A DNA stretch of 64,000 bases from Clostridiales bacterium (GTDB lineage Bacteria; Bacillota; Clostridia; Christensenellales; Pumilibacteraceae), in NCBI GenBank assembly GCA_022508425.1, contig JAFLVF010000001.1, forward strand, positions 11,440 to 75,439. The letters are read 5' to 3'. Position 1 is the first letter of the stretch. Every line of letters starts with the position of its first letter. Below are positions 28,457 to 38,124 of this stretch, in pieces. The position numbers and the translations under genes are program-made. The notes under the pieces were generated by a model. It was given only the letters and a program-made list of their open reading frames with translations. It was not told the DNA's origin and ran no database searches.

Positions 28457-29398
28457 TTAGCTGTCGGTGCTGTCGTACGCTCTAAGCATGAGTTTGGCGT
28501 CCGCGAGAAGCCTTTCGGCAAGCTCGGGCGGATTTAATACCTTTATCGACGAGCCGTAGGAGAGTAGTTTTTTGTAAGTCGAATTGCTGTCCGGCACTTC
28601 CGCGCGCGCGACGAGTTTGGTGCCGCGCTCCGAGATTGCCGAGATCCCCAGCCAGTCGACTACGCTCTCCTTGACGGACGAGGCGGGGAAGAATTCGAAT
28701 TCGAGATCGATAAACATTTCGTTGTAAAACTCTAAGCCCAGCTTTTCGACAAGGTGACTTTCCACTCGCGAAAAGCTCTTGCTCGTGCGGCGTAAATCGC
28801 TTATTCTCGTCAGCTTGAACAACCTGAAATCGCCGCGCAGTTTGCACATGGCGTACAGGTACCACGCGCCCGCCTTGAATACAAGCGTGTACGGCTCGAC
28901 GCTTCTGAAAGAAACGTATCCGTTAGCGTCGGTATATTTGATCTCGAGCACGCGTTTTTGCTCTATGCAGTCGCGCACCGCCTTGATTTTGGGGCGGAGT
29001 AATTGAGCTTGCTCGTAGTCGCAGTCTATGTATAATTCGTCCTGTTTGATTACGAACATATCACGCTCTCTCGCTTTGTCTACGCAATCGAGCTTTTCGA
29101 TAACGGCGCGGTTTACGCCGTCGCCGTAATCGTCCGCCGTGCGCTCGAGCGCGTCTTTTATGCGCATGGACTCGGCCTCCGTCAGGTGCGTTCTGTCTAT
29201 CATGTAGTCGTCGGCAAGCGACACCCCGCCGTTTACACCCGACGCCGAAACTATCGGAACGCCCGCGTCCTCGAGCACTCCGAGATATCTCGATACCGTG
29301 CGTTTGCTAATTGAAAAGCGCTCGGCAAGATAGTCGCGCGACACCTTGCGCCGCGACGACAGTATCATCAAGATGGAAAATATGACCGATTGTTGCAT
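28457..29398 (-). CDS. YafY-family HTH-WYL(-WCX) transcriptional regulator
   Basis: N-terminal HTH (LAERFSISKRTVSRYLGVLEDAGVPI), RSVEPYTL, AWYLYAMC, DFRLFKLTRI, and C-terminal LLSYGSSIKVLNPPEL. Start at ATG 29398, 6 nt after a consensus -10. Confidence 0.93.
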   Translation of the reverse strand: MQQSVIFSILMILSSRRKVSRDYLAERFSISKRTVSRYLGVLEDAGVPIVSASGVNGGVSLADDYMIDRTHLTEAESMRIKDALERTADDYGDGVNRAVIEKLDCVDKARERDMFVIKQDELYIDCDYEQAQLLRPKIKAVRDCIEQKRVLEIKYTDANGYVSFRSVEPYTLVFKAGAWYLYAMCKLRGDFRLFKLTRISDLRRTSKSFSRVESHLVEKLGLEFYNEMFIDLEFEFFPASSVKESVVDWLGISAISERGTKLVARAEVPDSNSTYKKLLSYGSSIKVLNPPELAERLLADAKLMLRAYDSTDS

Positions 29399-29404
29399 AC
29401 GTGC

Positions 29405-29433
29405 ATTATAGTTGTAGGGCGGCGTTTTGTCAA
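29405..29433 (-). promoter_or_regulatory. Consensus sigmaA promoter, probably leaderless, for the WYL gene
   Basis: TTGACA-17 bp-TATAAT-6 nt-ATG; no Shine-Dalgarno. Confidence 0.75.
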
Positions 29434-29525
29434 GACAAATTTTCAAAAACTGCGTCAAATCGATTGTAATAATCTTAGAAGTATGTTAAAATATCGATAT
29501 ACCGATAATAGTATTAGGAGCGGTA

Positions 29526-32500
29526 ATGGAAAACGAAGAGTTGACAAGTCAAAACGCCGAAAAAGCGGAAGAAGCGGTCGTAACTGCCGAAAAAACGGAA
29601 GAAACTGAAGCTGTTTCAGACGTTGAGACGGCTGTCGGAAAAGAGGCGGCGGACGAGAGCGCACAGCAAGAAGAGGCTGCACAAACGGCGTCGGAAGAGA
29701 ATAAGGCTGAAGAGGGAAGCGAGGCTGCTACCGAGCATACGGCGGCAGAGTCCGTAAAGCACGAGGAGCCCAAGAAGCCCGTACCCGAGCAAAAGCCCGT
29801 AAAGGCGAAAAAAGTAAAAGCGGACAAGCCCAAAAGGCCTGCCAAGAAGGCGACGGGTATGAGCAAGATGTTCAAGCTCGTTTATTATCCCGTGCTTGCG
29901 TTTGTAGCGCTCGTAATGATTGTATTTTCCATAGTCGACGGTGTAAGCGGCTATGCGCCTAAAGCTTACGGCGACGGATATTATACGAAAGTCAACGCGC
30001 ACATAACGGCGCTTGCGGCTTCGTCGCGTTCGGCGATGACGTCAACCGGCGTTCAATCGGCGCGCGAGTATATTGTCGACACGCTCGACGCCGGCGGATT
30101 TGTCCTCGCGGAAGAGAAGAAAAACGATGACGACGACGCCTTCCAAGACGGCGACAAAGTAGTCACCGTAACCGAATTCGGAACAAGTTCGGGCATAATA
30201 GCGCCCACCGTCACAGTTATGACGGCGGTACCTACGGGCGAGTTGCAGACGAGTATGGGCGCTCCCGCCGTGTATGTAGGCGCGGAAGTCACAAACATAA
30301 TAGCGGCAATACCGTCGGTCAAGACGGTTGCGGGGGCGAGCTCCGACGCCGTCATCATCACTGTGCGCTACGATACGCGCACCGATACCGACGGCGCCGC
30401 GGACAATGCGGCATTCGTCGCCAACGCAATGCAGTCGCTTATGGATTACGTCGCCGCGGGCACCAAATTCGAAAACGATATCGTAGTGGTGTTTACGGAG
30501 AGTTTAGGTTATTCGTACGGCGAATACGCTTTCTTCGACGCGTTTGACGGGCTTAACGACGTCGTATCGCGCGCAAAGGCGGGCATAAGCCTCGATGGCT
30601 ACGGCAGTGCTGGCACTCTCGCGCTTACCGACGTGAGCGGCGCAGGACTTGATTATATCAATGCTTATACAAAAGTTTCGGGTACCGCATTCAATTCGTC
30701 GTTGCTTCTCGACAATCTCCCCAAAGAGCTTGTCAACACTTCGGCAGTCGGCGCATTCAAGTACGCGGGCATTCCCGCGGTGCAGGTTGCGGTCGTCGGC
30801 GGATTGGACGCGGCGCAGTCGGCGTATGATACTTCCGCAAACATCTCGCAACCGATAGTCAAACAGCAAGCCGACTTTTTCAAAAGCTACGTCGACGCGT
30901 TCGGCAAAACAACGAAATCGTTCGACGCGGCGGAGAATAAAACTTTTACAATCTTCTCGTACTTCGATTGGGGCACCGTAGCGTACGACAACATCGCTTC
31001 CTATGTGATTGCCGCGCTTACCGTACTTCTCATTGCAGGCACAATTGTCGCGCTTGCCCTACAAAAGACATTCTCCATCAAGAAGATGTTTGCAGCATTG
31101 GGCGTTGAACTGCTCGTGGTGGCGAGTTCAATAGCCGCGCTGTACGCCGTGTACTTCCTGACTACGCTCATGCTGACCGGATTCGGCGTGTTGCCTATCC
31201 ACGCGATTACGCAAATACGGTATTTCAATGCCGGTATATTCATCGCCGCTATGCTTGTATCGATTGCTTCGGCGTTTGGATTTACCACCGTTTACAAAAA
31301 GCTCTTCAAGGTGACTTCGTCCGATATCGTGCGCGGCACGGCCATGCTGTTCGGCATAGCGGGCGTAATCATGGGCTTTGCGGTGCCGGCGTTCTCGTAC
31401 GTTACGTCGTGGCTGGGCATGCTGTCGATTGGCGTGTTGCTCGCGACAACTCTTCTCAACGGCAAGCTGAAAGCGAGATTTGGGGTAGGATTTGACAGAC
31501 TGTTTGTTTATACCGTGCCCGTCATAATCTGCGCGCCGCTTGTATTTGCGGCTATGTCCGCGCTGACGGTTGTCGTTCCGCTGTACATGCTGCCCGTTAC
31601 CATGTCGCTGTTTGTCGGTATGCTCGGCGTTGCGGTACCGTATCTCGACAGAACGCAGCCCATGCTCGACAAGGTTGCAAAGAAGCTCCCCGCACGCACT
31701 ATGCGCGTCGAGCGCGTTGTGACCGAGAGGGTGGAAGACCGCGCCAAGAAGGGCAAGTTTACCGAGCGCACGGTCAAGCGCGTCGAAAAAGAAAAGGTGC
31801 CCATCAATTACAAAAATTACTTCGGCATCAGCGTTGTCGTCGTAATCGGAGTAGCAATCGCGCTTTTGTCGGGCGGATTTGGCGTAAGCTACGGCAAGAC
31901 GTTGACGGACGCGTACAGCTATGAAGACGCTGTGTACAACAATGCGTTCGTGTACGAATGGAATTACTCCTCGACAGGCTCTGTCAGCGAGACGCTCGTA
32001 GTCGACGATCTCATGGCGTACAAATATATTCGTTACGCAGTCACCGACCTCATATGGGACGCCGAGAACAGCAGATATGTTAAGACGGTAAATTATCCTA
32101 CGATAGTGGGTGACCGTCAGCCCAATATCACGCGTAACGACGACGGCAACGGTTATGTATATACCGTTCAGACGTTCGACGGGCCGCGCTCTACGGTGCG
32201 CGTAACGATTCCGTCTGCGACGTCGATTACAAAAATCACAGTGTTCGACGAGTTCAGCGACGAAATCAAATACGAGTACAGTTTCTTCAGGTGCGACACT
32301 ATCACGCTCGCTCTGCCTTACGGCTTCGGCGATTTCAGAATGAAATTCGAGGGCGGAGATCCCGCGCGCTTCGAGTACCGCGAGGAGCAGAAGAACATCA
32401 CGGTCGACGCGCGAAATTACCAGCTCGAGATAGTCGACGAGTGGAACGCAATAGCAAACCAGTACCGCAACACCGATATCGAAAACATGCTTCGCGGCGG

Positions 32501-32531
32501 CATCGTGCTCAAACGCACCGTCACCTTCTAA
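29526..32531 (+). CDS. Polytopic membrane protein with an M28-peptidase-like (ERMP1/Pff1-type) domain, metal ligands degenerate
   Basis: Acidic N-tail, TM helix, NIIAAIP...IITVRYDT...GAADN...ISLDGYG...GIPAV, then about 8-9 TM helices and a C-terminal soluble domain. Confidence 0.7.
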   Translation: MENEELTSQNAEKAEEAVVTAEKTEETEAVSDVETAVGKEAADESAQQEEAAQTASEENKAEEGSEAATEHTAAESVKHEEPKKPVPEQKPVKAKKVKADKPKRPAKKATGMSKMFKLVYYPVLAFVALVMIVFSIVDGVSGYAPKAYGDGYYTKVNAHITALAASSRSAMTSTGVQSAREYIVDTLDAGGFVLAEEKKNDDDDAFQDGDKVVTVTEFGTSSGIIAPTVTVMTAVPTGELQTSMGAPAVYVGAEVTNIIAAIPSVKTVAGASSDAVIITVRYDTRTDTDGAADNAAFVANAMQSLMDYVAAGTKFENDIVVVFTESLGYSYGEYAFFDAFDGLNDVVSRAKAGISLDGYGSAGTLALTDVSGAGLDYINAYTKVSGTAFNSSLLLDNLPKELVNTSAVGAFKYAGIPAVQVAVVGGLDAAQSAYDTSANISQPIVKQQADFFKSYVDAFGKTTKSFDAAENKTFTIFSYFDWGTVAYDNIASYVIAALTVLLIAGTIVALALQKTFSIKKMFAALGVELLVVASSIAALYAVYFLTTLMLTGFGVLPIHAITQIRYFNAGIFIAAMLVSIASAFGFTTVYKKLFKVTSSDIVRGTAMLFGIAGVIMGFAVPAFSYVTSWLGMLSIGVLLATTLLNGKLKARFGVGFDRLFVYTVPVIICAPLVFAAMSALTVVVPLYMLPVTMSLFVGMLGVAVPYLDRTQPMLDKVAKKLPARTMRVERVVTERVEDRAKKGKFTERTVKRVEKEKVPINYKNYFGISVVVVIGVAIALLSGGFGVSYGKTLTDAYSYEDAVYNNAFVYEWNYSSTGSVSETLVVDDLMAYKYIRYAVTDLIWDAENSRYVKTVNYPTIVGDRQPNITRNDDGNGYVYTVQTFDGPRSTVRVTIPSATSITKITVFDEFSDEIKYEYSFFRCDTITLALPYGFGDFRMKFEGGDPARFEYREEQKNITVDARNYQLEIVDEWNAIANQYRNTDIENMLRGGIVLKRTVTF

Positions 32532-32555
32532 GTCTGATTTTAACAATATTTTCGC

Positions 32556-32585
32556 AAGAGCCGCACCTAATCGTGCGGTTCTTTT
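32556..32585 (+). terminator. Intrinsic terminator
   Basis: aagagccgcac/gtgcggttctt stem plus T-tract. Confidence 0.7.
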
Positions 32586-32870
32586 GTTGTCTAAAACTCT
32601 GTGTTTTTCGGCGCATAGTTTTGCGCGTCGGACCTTCAAATCGTCTTAGAGCGGCTATTTTGCCCCGAAAACGTTAAATTTTGTACAAAAATACGCGATT
32701 TGTATCAAAAAAAAGCGCTGAATAGTTTACAACCGCAAATTGTTTGTGATATAATTAGGTCAATCACAGAAGTGGTAAAAATCGCGGATTTACAGCTCTT
32801 GCAGCGTAATCCGAGACTCGATCTGCGAGTGGTATAGTCTATAATGATAAGACAATTAACGAGGTAGGAT

Positions 32871-35258
32871 ATGGCAGTAGCGCGGAAACCTAAAAATACG
32901 TTAAAGTTCTCTCGTCCGGCGTCTTGGTGGGGTAGCCAGTGGCGCGAGGGTTTGCCTATCGGTAACGGCGTTATCGGCGCGAGCGTCTACGGCGGCGCGG
33001 CGGACGACGTCATCATGCTCACTCACGGTGATTTGTGGTGGCAGGGCAAAGATTCGGTATTGCAGGACGTTTCCGACAAGGTCAAGGACGTGCGCGGCAA
33101 GATTGACGGCGGCGACTTTTTGGGCGCCGAGAAAACGTTGTCTACCGAGCTTATCAAGAAGGGCTACCGCCCGCAGCTTTCCTATCCGCTTCCCATGTGC
33201 GATTTCAAGATCGGCATGAAAGTAAGACAGGTCAAGGAATATTCGCGCTCTCTCGATTTGGAAAGCGCGGAGGCGTCGGTGTCGTTCAAGGACGGCGCTA
33301 CGCGTTATGAGCGCAACACGTTTGTATCACGCGCTCGGGATATAATAGTTTACGAGATTACCCGCACAGGGCAGAAGAACATCGACGTGCAGTTCAAGTT
33401 CGAAATGCACGACAAGTTCAACGCGCGCACACCCGTCGCCATTTCGGCAACTCCCGACAACGTCAACGTCAAGTGTGAAAACTTCTGGTTGTATTATTCG
33501 GCGCGGTCGTCGTCCGGCACGGATTTCGGCGCGGTCGCCAAAATCAATTTCTTTGCCGGCAAACAGGAGATAAAAGACGACAGCATCGTCATCACCGGCG
33601 CCGAGAAAATACTCGTAATTATCAAGCCGTTTATCGAAGGTCAGCGCGAAAAGGCGTGGAAGGACTGCAAAGCGGCGATTACCGAAATTAAACTGCCTTA
33701 CGACAAACTGCTCAAAGAGCATCAGGCTTTGCATCAAAAGCTGTTCGTCTCCGCCGACGTCGATTTCAATGCGACGGACGGGCGAGAAGCGTTTGTCGAC
33801 GACTCTATCGCCGACGCACTTCATTCCGGTGCGACCAACTCCGCCATACTCGAGAAGTTGTGGGCATTCGGAAGATATTTGATGATTACAGGCTCGCGTC
33901 CCGACGCGAGGCCGTTTGCACCGTACGGTCTGTGGTGCGGCGATTACAAGGCCGAGGCTGCGCAGATAAATGCGGCGGGCGATCTTCAGGCCGTATACGA
34001 TATGACGCAGGCCGGTAATCTCAATGATTTTGCCGAAAGCGTATTTACAATGTACGAGTCGCTCAAGCAGTCGTTCAAGTACAACGCTACAAGGTTGTAC
34101 GGCTGCCGCGGAATTATGGTGCCGTACACGACTTCGCCGTCTACCGGGTATCCCGGCGACGTAAACGACGCTATGATACACTTTACGGGCGTAGCGGGCT
34201 GGCTTGCCAATCTGTTCTACGACTACGCCCTGTACACCGACGATCAAAAGTTCCTCAAATCGCGCGCATTGCCGTTCATGATGGACGCGGCGGCGTTTTA
34301 CGGCGATTTCTTCAAGTGCGCAGATTTGAAATATTACGAGTCGTCGCCGTCATACTCGCCGTTTACAACCCCCGGCAATCTCACCGGATCGGGTGACGAA
34401 CACTATATAGCGAAAAACGCAACCGTCGATTTTGCCATTGCGCGCAACCTCTTGAAGTGCCTGATAGAAGGCTCCAAGGCAGCCAATGCCAACAAGGGCG
34501 AGATAAGTATGTGGGAGGATATGCTCAAAAAGATTCCGCCCTACAAGACCAACCCCGACGGTACGGTCAGCGAGTTTATCGACGACCGCTGTACGGACAA
34601 TCCGTCGTCGCCGTCGCTTGCGCTGTACTATCCGGTTTATCCCGGCTATCGACTTCGCGACAATCTGGAACTGAACAAAGCGTTTGGCAATACCGCGCGC
34701 AAGAAGACCGTTTCTGCCCGTGAGAATATGAAAGCATCCGAACTTGCGCGGTACGCGTCGGTGTTTGCGCGGCTTGGCGACGGCAACGAAGCGTACGAAA
34801 TGATCAACTCGCTCGTATGCGGCATGGCGATGAATAACCTTGTCTTTGCAAGCGACGATTGGCGTGGCATGGGCAGCGGCAGAAAGGATATTTGGGCTCA
34901 GCCCGTTCCGTACGTCAACGCGATTGTCACGGGCGCGATACAAGAAGCTATCGTTCAATCCACGCCGGACAGCATAACTCTTCTTCCCGCGCTGTATCCG
35001 GGTATGGAGAAGGGCGCGATATCGGGCTTCCAGACCAGGGCGAAAGTCGAGATTTCCTCGCTTGAATGGGACACTGCGCGCGGCACGCTCGTCGTCAAGC
35101 TCAAGGCAAAACGCGCGACTGTCATCGACCTTCAGTTGCCTAAGACGGCAAAAGCACCCAAGAAAGTGGACGCGCAGAAGTTCGACGACGACAGAGGATT
35201 GTTAATCGGGCTCAAGCTCGCCGCAAACAAGCCTGTCTCGCTCGACATCAAATTCTGA
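32871..35258 (+). CDS. Glycoside hydrolase family 95 (alpha-L-fucosidase)-like protein, catalytic motifs degenerate
   Basis: WREGLPIGNGVIGASVYG, LWWQG, YSRSLDL, FGRYLMITGSRP, LYGCRG, ITLLPAL; ~800 aa, the usual GH95 length; no signal peptide. Confidence 0.8.
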   Translation: MAVARKPKNTLKFSRPASWWGSQWREGLPIGNGVIGASVYGGAADDVIMLTHGDLWWQGKDSVLQDVSDKVKDVRGKIDGGDFLGAEKTLSTELIKKGYRPQLSYPLPMCDFKIGMKVRQVKEYSRSLDLESAEASVSFKDGATRYERNTFVSRARDIIVYEITRTGQKNIDVQFKFEMHDKFNARTPVAISATPDNVNVKCENFWLYYSARSSSGTDFGAVAKINFFAGKQEIKDDSIVITGAEKILVIIKPFIEGQREKAWKDCKAAITEIKLPYDKLLKEHQALHQKLFVSADVDFNATDGREAFVDDSIADALHSGATNSAILEKLWAFGRYLMITGSRPDARPFAPYGLWCGDYKAEAAQINAAGDLQAVYDMTQAGNLNDFAESVFTMYESLKQSFKYNATRLYGCRGIMVPYTTSPSTGYPGDVNDAMIHFTGVAGWLANLFYDYALYTDDQKFLKSRALPFMMDAAAFYGDFFKCADLKYYESSPSYSPFTTPGNLTGSGDEHYIAKNATVDFAIARNLLKCLIEGSKAANANKGEISMWEDMLKKIPPYKTNPDGTVSEFIDDRCTDNPSSPSLALYYPVYPGYRLRDNLELNKAFGNTARKKTVSARENMKASELARYASVFARLGDGNEAYEMINSLVCGMAMNNLVFASDDWRGMGSGRKDIWAQPVPYVNAIVTGAIQEAIVQSTPDSITLLPALYPGMEKGAISGFQTRAKVEISSLEWDTARGTLVVKLKAKRATVIDLQLPKTAKAPKKVDAQKFDDDRGLLIGLKLAANKPVSLDIKF

Positions 35259-35273
35259 TAGATAATACAAAAT

Positions 35274-35309
35274 AATAACGCACTTCGATTTCCCGAGGTG
35301 CGTTATTTT
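35274..35309. terminator. Bidirectional terminator
   Basis: aataacgcacttcg/cgaggtgcgttatt hairpin between convergent genes. Confidence 0.75.
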
Positions 35310-35311
35310 GT

Positions 35312-36070
35312 TTAGGAATGAGTCAGATTTAACAGCGATCTAACGAGGTCGTCCATGCCGTACATTGCGGGCGGCATACCGGCGATGAAATCCGCCGCCT
35401 TGAACGCGCCCGCCGCGAATAGTTTTCGCGATAATGCCGAGTGTGAAACGGTCACGACCTCGTCGTCGCCGTAGAATCCTATTTCGTGCTCGCCGACGGT
35501 GTTGCCGCCGCGTACGGACGTAATGCCGACCTCGCCGCACTTGCGCTTGCCTGAGCGGTTTATCACTTGATTGGACTTGTCGGTCAGCGCGTCGGCAAGC
35601 ATGAGAGCGGTGCCCGACGGGGCGTCGAGCTTTTCTCTGTGATGCTTTTCTACAATCTCTATATCGTATCTATCGCCGAGAATGCTCTTTGCGACAGTTG
35701 CCGCCGCCTTGACTGCGGCAATTCCGAGGCTCATGTTCGCAGAGCGGAATATCGGCACGCGCTTTGACAGTTCGGTTATTCTTCGTAACTGCTCGTCGGA
35801 ATAGCCTGTGGTCGCAATGACGGCAGGAGTATCGGCGTCGCTACATAGCGCGATTGTTGCGCCGAGCGTTTGCTCGGATGCGCGCGAAAAATCTATTACG
35901 ACATCGTATTGTATATTCACTTTGCCTGCACTGTCAAACACGTTGTTGCCGTCGGACACGACGTCCAGTCCGCCGACGACGGTGTAGCCGTACTCGGCGG
36001 CGCTTTCCGCCAAAATCCTGCCCATTTTGCCGTTTATGCCGACTACGAACGCCCTTTTGCCGCCGCTCAT
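35312..36070 (-). CDS. dapB: 4-hydroxy-tetrahydrodipicolinate reductase
   Basis: GINGKMG, VIDFS, IATTG, SANMSLG, EKHHREKLDAPSGTA; true start overlaps the dapA stop. Confidence 0.95.
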   Translation of the reverse strand: MSGGKRAFVVGINGKMGRILAESAAEYGYTVVGGLDVVSDGNNVFDSAGKVNIQYDVVIDFSRASEQTLGATIALCSDADTPAVIATTGYSDEQLRRITELSKRVPIFRSANMSLGIAAVKAAATVAKSILGDRYDIEIVEKHHREKLDAPSGTALMLADALTDKSNQVINRSGKRKCGEVGITSVRGGNTVGEHEIGFYGDDEVVTVSHSALSRKLFAAGAFKAADFIAGMPPAMYGMDDLVRSLLNLTHS

Positions 36071-36948
36071 ACCGCTAAGCCCACCTGTTGCATGGTGTGT
36101 TTTAATGTTTCGGTATGTTGGGGCTCGAGCTCGGTGAGCGGCAGGCGAGGCCGGCCGACGTCTATGCCGAGCAGTTGCAACGCCTTTTTGACCGGTATGG
36201 GATTGACTTCGATATTCAGCGCGGCGATGTAGTCGTTTAGCTTGAACTGTAATTGTCGCGCCGAAGCATAGTCGCCTTTTTCGCAAAAATCGGTCAGCTC
36301 GCAGAAATGTTTCGGTGCGGGGTTTGCGGCGACCGAGATGACTCCCTTGCCGCCCATCGCATAAAAGACAGTGGTGAGGTTGTCGTTTCCGCAATACAAA
36401 TCGAGGCCTACGTCGTGGCACACTTGCGCTACGTTTTGGATACGGTCGATATCGCCGCTCGCTTCTTTTATGCCGACGACGCCGTGTTTCGCCAATCGCG
36501 CAATGGTGTTCGGCTCGATGTTTACGCCTGTGCGCGACGGAACATTGTACGCGATGACGGGAAGTTGCGCCGCTTCGGCAACCGCATGATAGTGTTCTAC
36601 TAAACCGTTTTGCGTGCACTTGTTGTAGTATGGGGTGACTACGAGCACGCCGTCCGCGCCCAAAGCTTTGCACTCGGCCGCCTTCTGTAGGGCGACCGCT
36701 GTGCTGTTGCTGCCCGCGCCGACGATTACGGGAACGCGAGATTTGACGCGGTCGATGATAAACCTCGTCGCTTCGACGTACTCGTCGTGTGTGACGGCGG
36801 ACGGTTCGCCCGTCGTGCCGAACGGAATGAGGGCGGAAACTCCTCCCGATATCAAGTGTTCTATGTAGTGTTCGAGAACGGCATAGTCGACGCCGTCAAA
36901 ACCGAACGGCGTGACCATCGCCGCGCCTACGCCCGTAAATATCGCCAT
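36067..36948 (-). CDS. dapA: 4-hydroxy-tetrahydrodipicolinate synthase
   Basis: GTTGE, TPYYNK, YNVPSRTG, GIKEASG, NPIPVK. Confidence 0.96.
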   Translation of the reverse strand: MAIFTGVGAAMVTPFGFDGVDYAVLEHYIEHLISGGVSALIPFGTTGEPSAVTHDEYVEATRFIIDRVKSRVPVIVGAGSNSTAVALQKAAECKALGADGVLVVTPYYNKCTQNGLVEHYHAVAEAAQLPVIAYNVPSRTGVNIEPNTIARLAKHGVVGIKEASGDIDRIQNVAQVCHDVGLDLYCGNDNLTTVFYAMGGKGVISVAANPAPKHFCELTDFCEKGDYASARQLQFKLNDYIAALNIEVNPIPVKKALQLLGIDVGRPRLPLTELEPQHTETLKHTMQQVGLAV

Positions 36949-36992
36949 AGCAATTTACCTCTCTATGTAAATATGCAGGCGACGGGATTATG

Positions 36993-37988
36993 TTACTCGT
37001 GTGCGGCCAATAGCTCTGCAATTTGTACGGCGTTGGTTGCTGCGCCCTTTCTGATGTTGTCGGCGACCACCCAGAGGTTTAGCCCGTTATCGACCGATTT
37101 GTCCTCGCGCACACGCCCGACGAAAACCTCGTCGTGACCCTCTGCGTCGATGGGCATGGGGTAGATATTGTTTTTCACATCGTCGCAAACGACCACGCCC
37201 TTGGCTTTTGACAGCACTTCGAGCGCGGCTTGTCTTGTCACGGGGTTAAAGAATTCGACGTTGATGCTCTCGCTGTGGCCGTAGTACACTGGCACACGCG
37301 CAGTGGTTGCCGTAATCTTGAGCGAATCGTCACCCAAAATCTTGCGCGTCTCGTTTATCATCTTCAGCTCTTCTTTGGTGTAGCCGTCGTCGGTGAAAAC
37401 GTCTATATGAGGAATGATGTTGTGCGAAATCCGATAGGGGAATTTCTTGGGGGCAACGCCTTTGTCGCCGTCCTCGAGGTCGGCTAAACCTTGCTTGCCG
37501 GCACCCGACACCGCTTGATATGTAGAGTACACTATGCGCTTGATTTTGAACTTGTCGTGTAGCGGCTTGAGAGCGACGACAGCCTGAATTGTGGAGCAGT
37601 TGGGGTTGGCGATAATGCCGTGGTGGTTAAACGCCGCTTCCGGATTGACCTCGGGCACGACGAGGGGCACGGAATCATCCATGCGCCAACAGCTCGAATT
37701 GTCGATAGCTACGCCGCCGTATTCGGCGAATACGGGCGCAAAAGCTTTGCTCACGTCGCTTCCTGCCGAGAATATGGCATATTTGACGTTTGATTGAGCG
37801 ACGTTTTCTTTTGTCAGCTCTTCGACGACGACTTTTCTGCCGTTGTAGTCCAGCACCGTTCCGGCGCTTTTCTTGGATGCGAAAAACTGAACTTCGTCTA
37901 CCGGAAATTTGCGTTCGATCAAAACTTCTATCATTTTGCGGCCCACTACGCCCGTTGCGCCGACGACCGCGACGTTATACTTTTTCAT
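36993..37988 (-). CDS. asd: Aspartate-semialdehyde dehydrogenase
   Basis: GATGVVG, VPEVN, NPNCSTIQ, QAVSGAG, DNIRKGAATN. Confidence 0.97.
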   Translation of the reverse strand: MKKYNVAVVGATGVVGRKMIEVLIERKFPVDEVQFFASKKSAGTVLDYNGRKVVVEELTKENVAQSNVKYAIFSAGSDVSKAFAPVFAEYGGVAIDNSSCWRMDDSVPLVVPEVNPEAAFNHHGIIANPNCSTIQAVVALKPLHDKFKIKRIVYSTYQAVSGAGKQGLADLEDGDKGVAPKKFPYRISHNIIPHIDVFTDDGYTKEELKMINETRKILGDDSLKITATTARVPVYYGHSESINVEFFNPVTRQAALEVLSKAKGVVVCDDVKNNIYPMPIDAEGHDEVFVGRVREDKSVDNGLNLWVVADNIRKGAATNAVQIAELLAAHE

Positions 37989-38124
37989 AACATCTCCTCA
38001 TGCGATTATCGAAAATAATTTATCATTTTGCGCCGAGTATGTCAAGCGATTGAAATGTAAGGCGATTGCGGAAAATATTGTCGTTTTGCTTGAAAATAAG
38101 AGCGATATCGTGTATAATGTAATC

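Noticed and set aside
27862-32531. Prophage or ICE integrated at tRNA-Leu
   Set aside because: The second att-like copy is only 185 bp away; there are no integrase, phage or conjugation genes, and I noticed no third copy.
32760-32870. Riboswitch in the GH95-like leader
   Set aside because: Two modest hairpins, but no known aptamer consensus and no terminator; a second TATAAT at 32840 may make the real leader short.
36071-36673. 200-aa N-terminal extension of DapB (likewise the AroA extension from 16163 and the XRE extension to 45043)
   Set aside because: Artefacts of longest-ORF calling that overlap dapA, aroB and the LRR gene; family N-termini indicate the later starts.
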